DNA from: an uncultured Verrucomicrobiae bacterium
GTDB lineage: Bacteria > Verrucomicrobiota > Verrucomicrobiia > Chthoniobacterales > UBA10450
Direction of reading: 5' to 3'
NCBI GenBank assembly: GCA_963726745.1
Contig: CAVSDR010000003.1
Span: 64,001 to 128,000, forward strand
Length of the DNA: 64,000 nucleotides
The notes under the pieces were generated by a model. That model saw only the letters and a program-made list of their open reading frames with translations, was not told where the DNA came from and did no database searches. The position numbers were made by a program, and so were the translations under genes. Shown here one piece after another: positions 50,345 to 59,558 of the stretch (positions are counted from its first letter, which is position 1; every line of letters starts with the position of its first letter).

Positions 50345-51403
50345 TTAGCGGCCCCCGATCACGGCTGCGGCCATTTCCGTTCCCAGCACGCGGGCGCGGA
50401 TTTTCCGGAAAGCGGTCTCGCGGCTCGTGGAAGTGTCGTCGCTGAAAGGAGAAAACCCGCAGTCATCCGTCGAGCCTAGCATTTCCACCGGGATGAATCT
50501 TGCCGCCTCGAGCAGGCGATCGCGCACTTCCTCCGGGGTCTCGATCCGGGGATCGATCGGGTTGATCACCCCCACGAAAATCCGCTGCCAGCGCTGCCGG
50601 CGATCGCGGATGATCTCGAGCACGCGTTTCCGGTCCGGCTCCGCCGCCAGCGCGATGTAGAAATTGCCCGCCTGCAATTCGAAGAGATGCGGCAGCAACT
50701 CGGCGTAGTCCACCTCCGCGCTGTGGGTGGAATCGCGGTCCGCACCCGGGCAGGTGTGGACGCCCAGGCGATCTCGGTCCGCCTCGGTAAAGCGCATCAG
50801 CGCGAGATTATTCAGGTCGATGAAACTCTCCAGCAATTGCCCCTGTGGATCGATCTTCAACGCCAGCCGGCCCTCGGTGAAATCGATCTGCACCCGGTGT
50901 GCTCCCTTGTCCAGGCATCGGCTCACCTCTTGTTTGTGTTCGTTCAGCAGGTCCTCGAGGAAGCGCTCACGCGGGTAGCCCTCCAGCCCTTCCGCGGGAT
51001 ACATCAAGCTCAAGGCCGAGGGCGCGATCACTGCCTGCTTCACCGGGAGATCGGTGTGGCGCTGGGCAAACTCGAGGAAACTGTCGGCATAGCGCTTGTA
51101 GCGAAATGGACCGCTCGTTAGGCGCGGCCAGCGCCGCGTGTGGGTGATAAACGGCAACTTGAAGCCATCCGGCGCGATGTTTGGCAGGCCGTCGACTGCG
51201 TAGGTTGCGAAGTTGTGGAACTTCCGCTGCTCGCCATCGGTGATCACCGGCGATCCGGTCTCTTCAAAGGAGCGCAGCGTGTCCACGATCGCCGCCTCGT
51301 AAAGCGGCTCGAGCGCCGGATCATCCGCATCGAACTTCCCGAAACCATCGATCAACTCGAGCGGTCGCGGGATGCTGCCGATGGGTTCCGTGGGGATGAT
51401 CAT
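50345..51403 (-). CDS. Cobalamin-independent methionine synthase II (single-barrel MetE-like) family protein
   Basis: IGSIPRP, TDGEQRK, VQID, VHTC Zn ligands, ETPEEV..R, DDCGF. Confidence 0.85.
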   Translation of the reverse strand: MIIPTEPIGSIPRPLELIDGFGKFDADDPALEPLYEAAIVDTLRSFEETGSPVITDGEQRKFHNFATYAVDGLPNIAPDGFKLPFITHTRRWPRLTSGPFRYKRYADSFLEFAQRHTDLPVKQAVIAPSALSLMYPAEGLEGYPRERFLEDLLNEHKQEVSRCLDKGAHRVQIDFTEGRLALKIDPQGQLLESFIDLNNLALMRFTEADRDRLGVHTCPGADRDSTHSAEVDYAELLPHLFELQAGNFYIALAAEPDRKRVLEIIRDRRQRWQRIFVGVINPIDPRIETPEEVRDRLLEAARFIPVEMLGSTDDCGFSPFSDDTSTSRETAFRKIRARVLGTEMAAAVIGGR

Positions 51404-51555
51404 ATTGCGAAAACGCTTCTCCCGGCCGCCTCAGCCGTTTCCGGCCAGGTCATTCCGAACGGGAGCCGCTCCTCAGGCAATGCGCTCCCCGGGTGCGCTT
51501 TGTCCAGCTCGATTCCGCGCGCAGAGGCGCGGTTTTTTTGCTACATCAAAGAGAG

Positions 51556-52155
51556 ATGCCGCGCCCGCTCCTGCTCTTCGCTCCCGGCGCCGGCGCCCCC
51601 TCCTCGCATCCGTGGATGGAGCACTGGGCGGAATTGCTCGCGCGTCTCGGCCCGGTCCGGCGTTTCGATTACGACTACCTGCGCGCGGGCTCGCGCCGCC
51701 CGGATCGTCCGCCGCAGCTCCTGGCGGCGCATCGCGCTGCCCTCGCCGAAGCGCGCGCCGGGCACGACGGCCCAGTGGTGCTCGCCGGCAAAAGCATGGG
51801 CGGCCGCATCGGCTGCCACCTCGCGCTCGAGGAAACAGTCAGCGCGCTCATCTGCTTCGGCTATCCGCTTTGCGGCGGTGGTGATCCCGCGAAGCTGCGC
51901 GACCAGGTCCTGCGCGACCTGCGCACGCCGGTGCTTTTCCTCCAGGGCACACGCGACCCGCTCTGCCCGCTCGCGCTGCTCGCGGAAGTGCGGGCGCAAA
52001 TGACCGCGCCTAACGAACTCCACGAGGTCGAGGGCGGCGATCATTCCCTCCTCGTGCGGAAGCGCGACCTGGCCGCGCGCGCGGAGACGCAAGCCACGGT
52101 CGACGCGCGTATCCTCCAGGCGATCGAGCAATTCCTCGCCCGCCACCTCGCATGA
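51556..52155 (+). CDS. Alpha/beta hydrolase (KANL3/Tex30-like)
   Basis: GAGA, GKSMGGR nucleophile elbow, GYPL, QGTRD, GGDHS. Confidence 0.88.
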   Translation: MPRPLLLFAPGAGAPSSHPWMEHWAELLARLGPVRRFDYDYLRAGSRRPDRPPQLLAAHRAALAEARAGHDGPVVLAGKSMGGRIGCHLALEETVSALICFGYPLCGGGDPAKLRDQVLRDLRTPVLFLQGTRDPLCPLALLAEVRAQMTAPNELHEVEGGDHSLLVRKRDLAARAETQATVDARILQAIEQFLARHLA

Positions 52156-54743
52156 AGAAGCAGCTGGTTAAAGTCGACGGGCACGAATTCCAAGTCTCGA
52201 ATCTCGACAAGGTTTTCTTCCCTGGCAGCGGCTTCACCAAGGGCGAGACGCTCGCCTTCTACACGGAAATAGCCGACACCATCCTGCCGCACCTGCGCGA
52301 CCGGCCGCTGACGATGAAACGTTTCCCGGAGGGCGTCGCGGGCGAACCGTTCTACGAGAAGAACGCGCCCAAGCACACGCCCGCGTGGGTCACGACCTTC
52401 GCGGTGCCGCGGAGCGAAGGCGGCGACGACATCAACTACATCCTCTGCAACGACCGGGCCACGCTTACCTGGGTGACGAACCTGGGCGACATCGAGAAGC
52501 ACGTCCTGCTCGCAAAAGTGCCGCAGACCAATGTCCCCACCTCGATGGTCTTCGACCTCGACCCGGGCGCGCCGGCGGGGATGCTCGCATGCGCCGAGGT
52601 CGCGTTGCATTTGCGGACGCTTTTCGCGGCCTGGGGGCTCGAAGCCTTTGCAAAAGTTTCCGGCTCAAAAGGCATCCACTTGAGCGTGCCGCTGAACGGC
52701 GACGCGCCCTACGAAGTGACGCAGCCTTTCGCCAAGACGGTCGCGGAATTGGTCGCGCACCAACTGCCCAAAGGTGTCGTCTCCGACATGGCCAAGAGCC
52801 TGCGCACCGGGAAAGTGTTGATCGATTGGAGCCAAAATTCCGACTTCAAGACCACCGTGGCGGTCTATGCCATGCGGGCCAAGGGCGACGAGCCGTTCAT
52901 CTCCATGCCGGTCGAGTGGGCCGAACTCGAACGCGCGGTGAAAAAGCAAGACGCCAGCAAACTCACCTTCACCCCTAACGAGTCGATCAAGCGCATCGCC
53001 AAACTTGGCGACCTCTTCGCCCCGGTGCTGAAGCTGCAGCAGGAATTACCCAGCGCTTTCACCAAGGCCCTGGCCGCTGGGCCCGCGCCCAAACTCAGCC
53101 GCTGGCCGCGCAACGACAAGAAAGGCCGCCGCAGTTCCCGGGTCGCCGAAAAACCGCCGAAAGGCGATCACAGCCTGCAAACCTATGCGGCCAAGCGCGA
53201 CCACTCGCGCACTCCGGAACCGGCCGCGAAGCCAGCGGCAAAGAAAGGGAAGCGCACCGGCCCGCATCGTTTCGTCATTCAGAAACATCAAGCCAGCCAT
53301 CTGCATTACGATTGGCGGCTCGAGATGGAGGGCGTGCTCCGCTCCTGGGCCGTGCCGAAAGGGCCGCCCTTTGAATTAAAGGAAACGCGCCTGGCGATGC
53401 ACGTGGAAGATCATCCGTTGGAATATGAGCACTTCGAGGGAACGATCCCGCCGGGAAACTACGGCGCGGGCACCGTCATGGTTTGGGATTATGGCGTCTA
53501 CGAAGACCTGACCGAGAATGCCGCGGCCGCTTTTCACGCGGGCAAAATGCACCTGGTGATGCAAGGCGAGAAGCTCCAAGGCGAATGGATCCTGGTGAAG
53601 GACAAGCGCGAGCCGGAAAGCAATCGCTGGCTCCTGATCAAAGCCGGGAAGGCGATGAAAGCGCTGTCTAAAAAGGCGGACGACCAATCGGCTCTCACTG
53701 GGCGCTCGATGGCGGAGATTGCGAAAGAGAACGACGCCCAGTGGCACAGCAACCGCCCGGCAGCCTCGGCGAAAACGATCGCGCCGAAACGCGCCAAAGT
53801 GCCGGCTAAATTCTTCGAGCCGATGAAGTGCAAGGCGGTGACGCAACTGCCGGAGGAAGGGAACTGGACCTACGAAGTAAAGTTCGACGGCTACCGCTGC
53901 CAGGCGGTGAAGAATGGCGCCAAAGTCCAGCTCCTCTCGCGGAACAAAAAAAGCCTCAACGCTCGTTTTCCGAACGTGGTCGAGGCGCTGAAAAAGCTGC
54001 CTAACGACTGCACGCTCGATGGCGAAATCGTGGCGCTCGATGAGCAGGGCAAGCCCTCCTTCCAGCTCCTGCAGAACAACCTCTCCCGCCCGCTCGCGGT
54101 CTACTTCTACGCCTTCGACTTGTTGAGTATCGACGGCCGGGAGCTGGTCGATGCCCCGATCGAGGAGCGCCGGGCAGAGCTCGATCAGCTTCCGCTGCAG
54201 GAACCGCTCCGCCGCTCGGCCTTGCTCGACGCGCCGGCCGATCAAGTGCTCGACGCGGTGCGCTCGTTAGGCCTCGAGGGTGTGGTCGGGAAACGAGACG
54301 GCTCGACCTACGAGGCCGGGGAACGCTCGGGCGCGTGGATCAAGCAGCGGACCGGCGCGGAGCAGGAGTTCGTCATTGGCGGTTACACGCCAGGGACGCG
54401 CGGCTTCGACGCGCTTCTCGTAGGCGTTTATGAAAAGCGGAAACTGCAGTTCGTCGCCCGGGTGAAGGATGGCTTCGTCCCGCGGCTGCGCGAGGAAATC
54501 TTCGCGAAGTTCAAAGGCCTGGAAACGGACGAATGTCCCTTCACGAATCTCCCGGAGAAGAAAGGCGCGCGCCGCGGCGAGGCTCTCACCGCCGAGAAGA
54601 TGAAGGAGTGTCGCTGGCTCAAGCCAAAGCTGATCATGCGCGTGGCCTTCGTGAATTGGACCGATGCCGGCAATCTCCGGCACCCGACTTACGTCGCCCT
54701 CGTGACCGACAAGAAGCCCGCCGCCGTGGTCCGCGAGACCTAG
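52152..54743 (+). CDS. ligD: NHEJ DNA ligase D (POL-PE-LIG order)
   Basis: POL: SNLDKVFFP, FDLDPG, SGSKGIH; PE: FVIQKH.ASHLHYDWRLE, SWAVPKGP; LIG: EVKFDGYR, EGVVGK, LRHP. Confidence 0.95.
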   Translation: MKKQLVKVDGHEFQVSNLDKVFFPGSGFTKGETLAFYTEIADTILPHLRDRPLTMKRFPEGVAGEPFYEKNAPKHTPAWVTTFAVPRSEGGDDINYILCNDRATLTWVTNLGDIEKHVLLAKVPQTNVPTSMVFDLDPGAPAGMLACAEVALHLRTLFAAWGLEAFAKVSGSKGIHLSVPLNGDAPYEVTQPFAKTVAELVAHQLPKGVVSDMAKSLRTGKVLIDWSQNSDFKTTVAVYAMRAKGDEPFISMPVEWAELERAVKKQDASKLTFTPNESIKRIAKLGDLFAPVLKLQQELPSAFTKALAAGPAPKLSRWPRNDKKGRRSSRVAEKPPKGDHSLQTYAAKRDHSRTPEPAAKPAAKKGKRTGPHRFVIQKHQASHLHYDWRLEMEGVLRSWAVPKGPPFELKETRLAMHVEDHPLEYEHFEGTIPPGNYGAGTVMVWDYGVYEDLTENAAAAFHAGKMHLVMQGEKLQGEWILVKDKREPESNRWLLIKAGKAMKALSKKADDQSALTGRSMAEIAKENDAQWHSNRPAASAKTIAPKRAKVPAKFFEPMKCKAVTQLPEEGNWTYEVKFDGYRCQAVKNGAKVQLLSRNKKSLNARFPNVVEALKKLPNDCTLDGEIVALDEQGKPSFQLLQNNLSRPLAVYFYAFDLLSIDGRELVDAPIEERRAELDQLPLQEPLRRSALLDAPADQVLDAVRSLGLEGVVGKRDGSTYEAGERSGAWIKQRTGAEQEFVIGGYTPGTRGFDALLVGVYEKRKLQFVARVKDGFVPRLREEIFAKFKGLETDECPFTNLPEKKGARRGEALTAEKMKECRWLKPKLIMRVAFVNWTDAGNLRHPTYVALVTDKKPAAVVRET

Positions 54744-54753
54744 AGCTTGCCGG

Positions 54754-56754
54754 CTATTTCAGGAGGTAGTCGCGGATGAACTGCACCGTGGCGTAGAACT
54801 GGAAGTCGGCGTTCTTCTTCTTTTGGAAGCCGTGCCCTTCGTCCTTCCCGACGAGGTACCAAACCGGCGTGTTCTGTTTTTTCAGCGCGGCCACGATCTG
54901 GTCGGCTTCGGATTTCGGGACGCGCGGATCGTTCGCTCCCTGGACTACGAAAAGCGGCTTGGTGATTTTGGCGACATTGTTCAAGGCCGCGATCCGCTCC
55001 ATGAATTTCGCTGTCTCCGGGTCGCGCTCGTCGCCGTATTCCGCGCGGCGCAGATCGCGCCGGTAGCTCTCGGTGTTCTTCAGGAAAGTCGAGAGGCTCG
55101 ACATGCCGACCACGTCGAGCGCGCAGCGGATGCGGTCCGCGTAATTCGTCGCCACCTGCAGGGTCATGAAGCCACCGTAGGAGCCGCCCGTGACCATGAT
55201 CCGGTCGGCTGCGAGCCGCGGCTGCGTGCCGATCCAGTCGAAGAGCGCGGAGATGTCCTTGTAGGAATCCTCACGCTTCACCCCGTTGTCTAATTGCACG
55301 AAAGTCTTCCCGTAGCCGGCCGAACCGCGCACGTTCGGAAACAGGAGCGCGACGCCGAGCTCGTTCAGCAGGTAGTTGTTCCGCCCGATAAAACCGGGGC
55401 GATACTGCGATTCCGGACCGCCGTGGATGTTCACGATCACGGGACGTTTGCCAGGAAATTTCTTCTCGTCCGGCAGATAGAGGAAGCCGCTGATTTCGCG
55501 GCCATCGAAGGATTTCCACTGGACCAGCTCCGGCTGGACGAAACGGGCCGCGGGAATGCCGCCGGTCTCGCTCATCGTCCAGCGGGTGGTCGTGACCTTG
55601 CGGTCGGCCACGGCTAACGAGTAGATGTCCGAGGGCGACTTCGCGCCCGCGACATTAAAGGCGAGCAGCGGCTGCCGATGCTGCCAATGCAAGCCTGAGA
55701 TGACCACCGGGCCGAGCGGCGGGTTGAATTCCGGATCGGGGAGCGGCCGCGCGGTCAGCGACTTTTCCGCCGCGACCACGTCGAGCAGATGGAGCGTGCT
55801 CACGCCGTTTTCATTCAGGGTGTAGGCGATCATCTTGCCGTCTCCGCTCAGGTCCCAATCGTCGACGTCGAACTTCGGATTCGGCAGGAGGTAGCTGTGC
55901 TTCCCGGAGTCGAGATCGAGGTAGGCCAGCCGCTGGAATTCCGATTCGCGATCGGTGGTGACGAAGAGACCGTGGCCGCTTTTCGCAAAGAGCGCTTTCC
56001 CGTAGGCCACCTTCTCCGCGCCTTCCGCCGGCCGCGGGGTGAGCTCCTTGCGGGCGCCGCCCTCGACCGCGAAGAGCCAGAGATAGCTCTCGTTGATCGA
56101 GACATATTCCAGCACCAGAAGCTGCTGGTCATCCGGCGACCAATCGAGCACCTGCCAGCCGCCGCCTTTCACTTCTGCGACCAGTTTGTCGCTCGCCGGA
56201 TTGCGCGGATCCTGCACGTAGATGTCGGTGTCGGCGCCGTTGCGACGGGTCGAGGTGTAGGCGATGCGGTCGCCCTTCGCGCTCCAGGTCGGCTCGCTGT
56301 TGCGGGCTTTGCCGTCGGTCAACAGCGTGACCTCGCCGCTCGCGAAATCGTAACGGTAGTTTTGATTAAACTCGTTCCCGCCGGCGCTCTTGGTGAGGAT
56401 AAAGAATTCGCCCTTCGCTGGATCGGCGGTGGCATTGGTTACCCGGTCGGGGAAAAACGTCAGCTGGATGCGCGCGCCGCCGGGTTGCCCCACCAGGTGC
56501 ACCTGATTGGTATCGGCAAAGCGCGTCAAGACGAGCATCTCCGGGCGGAGCGGATTCCAATCCGCAAACGTGGCCGCGCGCGACTCGGTGTAGCGGCCGA
56601 CGTTTTCCGCGATCTCCGCGGGCAGCGGCGGCACGCCATCAACCAGCAAACTCTCCGGCGCGGGAATCGTCTTCTCCGGTTCCGGCCCGGCGGCGCGCAG
56701 TGGAAGGTTAAGGCAAAGCGTGAGCGCGAGGGTGGAAAGAAGGCGGCGATTCAT
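54754..56754 (-). CDS. S9 family peptidase (prolyl oligopeptidase/acylaminoacyl peptidase)
   Basis: Signal peptide, beta-propeller, IHGGPE, GGSYGG, QGANDPRVP, DEGHGF. Confidence 0.93.
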   Translation of the reverse strand: MNRRLLSTLALTLCLNLPLRAAGPEPEKTIPAPESLLVDGVPPLPAEIAENVGRYTESRAATFADWNPLRPEMLVLTRFADTNQVHLVGQPGGARIQLTFFPDRVTNATADPAKGEFFILTKSAGGNEFNQNYRYDFASGEVTLLTDGKARNSEPTWSAKGDRIAYTSTRRNGADTDIYVQDPRNPASDKLVAEVKGGGWQVLDWSPDDQQLLVLEYVSINESYLWLFAVEGGARKELTPRPAEGAEKVAYGKALFAKSGHGLFVTTDRESEFQRLAYLDLDSGKHSYLLPNPKFDVDDWDLSGDGKMIAYTLNENGVSTLHLLDVVAAEKSLTARPLPDPEFNPPLGPVVISGLHWQHRQPLLAFNVAGAKSPSDIYSLAVADRKVTTTRWTMSETGGIPAARFVQPELVQWKSFDGREISGFLYLPDEKKFPGKRPVIVNIHGGPESQYRPGFIGRNNYLLNELGVALLFPNVRGSAGYGKTFVQLDNGVKREDSYKDISALFDWIGTQPRLAADRIMVTGGSYGGFMTLQVATNYADRIRCALDVVGMSSLSTFLKNTESYRRDLRRAEYGDERDPETAKFMERIAALNNVAKITKPLFVVQGANDPRVPKSEADQIVAALKKQNTPVWYLVGKDEGHGFQKKKNADFQFYATVQFIRDYLLK

Positions 56755-56793
56755 GGCAATGAATTCATTGCCAGCGATCCGCTGCGGGCGCAA

Positions 56794-57585
56794 TCAGCGC
56801 AGGTAGTCGTTGGCCTCCACCAGCGCGTAGCCTGGCGTGTTCTCGACGAAATGCCGCAGCCAGAAAAGATGACCCGCTCCGTAGACCACGAGCACGCGAT
56901 CCCCCGGCTGCGCCACGTGCGTGAGGCGCGCGAAGATCTTCGCATTGCGCTCATACCAACCGGTGTTGAGCGCCGCGCCGGGCTCGTCCTTTCCGTCCCC
57001 CAGCGGGAGGACGGCATAGTAAAATTGTGTGTGCTCCGCGCGCAGTCGCGCCGGTTCGTTCAGCCGCGCGAGTTGGAGTCGCAGGGGCAGGTTCTTCTGC
57101 GCGGCCTCGGCCTCGGCGATGTTCCTTTCGACGTCGTCGCTGAGCCGCGCGAGCAGCGCCTCCTGCCCGTGCGCCTGGGCGAATTCCTGCACGGGGCCGT
57201 AGGGAAAATTGCCATCGAGATCAATTCCGTGGATTGCCTGCAGCCGGAGCTTTTGCGCGAGGCGAAAGGCGATCTGCACCCGCTCATCCGGATTCTGCGC
57301 AAGCGCCTCACTCGTTAGGCTGGAGTACTTGGCGGAGACAAATTTCGGCGCCTCGGCCCGCGCCTCGACCATGATCTTGGTCGGCCGGAATTTTGCCAGC
57401 CGATCGGCCAAGTCTTCCAGCTCGGCCTGCTTCTCGGGCACGAGCACGTTGTCGACTTTCATGTTGTGCCGGTCGAGGCCCGGATTCGCGAGGTGGAAGG
57501 TCCCCAGCACCATCACCTCCACCGGATCGGTGGCGAAGGTGGTGCTGACGGCCAACGAAAGCGTGAGCGCGGCGAGAAGTTTCAT
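56794..57585 (-). CDS. DUF5694-like secreted protein
   Basis: Signal peptide; VMVLGTFHLANPG, FRPTKI.VE, E.VQIAFRLA, WYERN.KIF, VYGAGH. Confidence 0.72.
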   Translation of the reverse strand: MKLLAALTLSLAVSTTFATDPVEVMVLGTFHLANPGLDRHNMKVDNVLVPEKQAELEDLADRLAKFRPTKIMVEARAEAPKFVSAKYSSLTSEALAQNPDERVQIAFRLAQKLRLQAIHGIDLDGNFPYGPVQEFAQAHGQEALLARLSDDVERNIAEAEAAQKNLPLRLQLARLNEPARLRAEHTQFYYAVLPLGDGKDEPGAALNTGWYERNAKIFARLTHVAQPGDRVLVVYGAGHLFWLRHFVENTPGYALVEANDYLR

Positions 57586-57641
57586 CGCTCGTTGGGATGC
57601 GGCCGGCCGGCGCGCCGGATTCAAAAAAAACGCCGGCGCCG

Positions 57642-59463
57642 CTAGGGCGTGACGCTGTCGCCGGAATGATTCCGCACCAGGAGGGTGTCCGCGCCATTAA
57701 CCGTGCCGTCGAGGTTCACATCGAACGCGAAGTTGCCGGCGCCGGCGCTTTCGCCGGAATGGTTGCGCGTTTGCAGCGCATCGCCGCCGTTCACCTGGCC
57801 GTCGCGGCTCGTGTCGCCCAAAAGCACGCTCACCGATGCCGCCACGGTGGGGCTTTCATTGCCTATCGTGTCGGCCACGTTGCTTAAGGTCACATTGACG
57901 GTGCGCGCGTTCGGCACGTTTGCCAGCGAGACGACATACTGGTGCGCATCGGCGCCGATCGCCTGCTGCGAAATCGTGCCGACAGAAGCGCTCGCGCTGC
58001 CGACGCGCGCCAGCGGTTGCGCGAAGGTGAAGACAAGTTGCAAGGCCCCGCCACGCGGTTCCACCCCGGGCAGTGCGAGGTCGAAGTTCCCCGCCGCGCC
58101 GTGCGTTTTCCGCGAAACCACACTTTGCAAAACCACCGGCGGAATAATCGACGACGGCCCGAGGACATTCCAATGCAGCGGCAAAGTCTGGCGCATGTGC
58201 TCATCCGCCGTGCTCCAATGGTGCCCGCCCGCGAGGACTGCGGTGATGCCGTTGGTCACGCCTTTCTCGGAAAGTTTGCCGACGAGATGGTCGCCACGGA
58301 AATAATTCGAATCGAGCGGCTCGCCCGTGAGCGGGCCGTATTGGATGAACCAGGCGATGCTCTGCATCTGCGCCGCGGTGCTGTTGCAGACGAGATTTGG
58401 GCCGTTGTTGAGCGCGGCATACGCGGCGTCGCGCGGTTTCCCGAAAACCGGATCGAACATCGCGTTGCCGAACGTGGTGTCGCGAATGGTGTCGACGTTG
58501 GCGCAGGTCAGGTCGGCGTAGAAATGCGTCCCGTCGAAGGCGCCGACGGTGCGGAAAAGATCCGGCCGCTTGGCCCCGATCTTTCACGCTCATGAAGCCG
58601 CCTAACGAGAAGCCATCCACCCCGCGGCCGGCGCGGTTCGCGACCGTGCGGAAGTTTGCGTCCACGTAGGGAATGACTTCCGAGAGGAGATAATCCTCGA
58701 AGCGCCCGGTGCCGATGCCGGAGGAGCTGGTTAACTCCGGCGACTTGAAGTTGGTCACCATCCCGGAAACGGAGTTGTCCGCGCTCGAACTGCCGGGCGA
58801 GACCAGGATCATCGGCCCGACCTGGCCAGCGGCGAGAAGCGCTTCGTAGACGTCGATCACGTTCTTGCCGCCGCGGGTGTCATCCTGCCGCTTGTTGATC
58901 CACTCGCTCTCGTGCCCGCGGAAAAGATAGAGCACCGGATAGCGCCGCCCGGCCGCGAGCGCGTAGCCCGGCGGCGTGTAGACGTAGAATTCCTTGGCCA
59001 CCCCGAGCACCTGGCTCTGGAGTTGCACCTTCTGCACGCGGGTGTCGTAAATCGGAACGCAGCGATCGGCCCAGGACTCGACCGTGACGAAGATGGTCTG
59101 GTCGGCCGTGGCCGTGGCGGTGCGATTCGCGATATCCACGCAGTCCGCCGTGCGCTCGACCCGCGCCCAACTTCCGCGAGTGATCTTGAATTCGAGCGCG
59201 GCGCCTTCGGTCGAGGAAATGGTGATCCGCGCATGCGTGGCGCTGTCGCGCGTCATCGGGGTCGCGCCCGGGTCCCAGTTTTGGAAGTTGCCGGCTAAAT
59301 AGACGGCATCCTCTGCGGGCGTGTCCGCCGGCAGGGTGACGTCGAAGGTGACGTTCACGGGCACGACTTGCGCGCGGAGCGTGAGCACCGCGAAGCCGAG
59401 CATGAGCAGAAGTGAGAGAGTGGCGAGGAGGAGGATGCGCGGGAAGCTAGCGGGTCGGGTCAT
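57642..59463 (-). CDS. Secreted CBM20-esterase-dockerin-like protein; +1 frameshift at about 58583
   Basis: VYLAGNFQNWDP (CBM20), YTPPGY..YPVLYL, GFSLGG. Removing one A joins ORF 58201-59547 to ORF 57642-58460, which ends SVVSRKTHG..LLGDTSRDGQVNGGD..DVNLDGTVNGAD. Confidence 0.8.
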
Positions 59464-59558
59464 AGAAAGGCAATCGGAACTGCGCACCGTCGCGAATGTC
59501 CCGCGGGGAGGCAAATCGCACTCGCAAAAGGCCTCCGCCGATTCCAAGCTCTCCGGGA

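Noticed and set aside
6880..58590. Programmed frameshifting or true pseudogenes
   Set aside because: No slippery heptamers or other decay, and the indels hit unrelated housekeeping genes, so sequencing error is more parsimonious.
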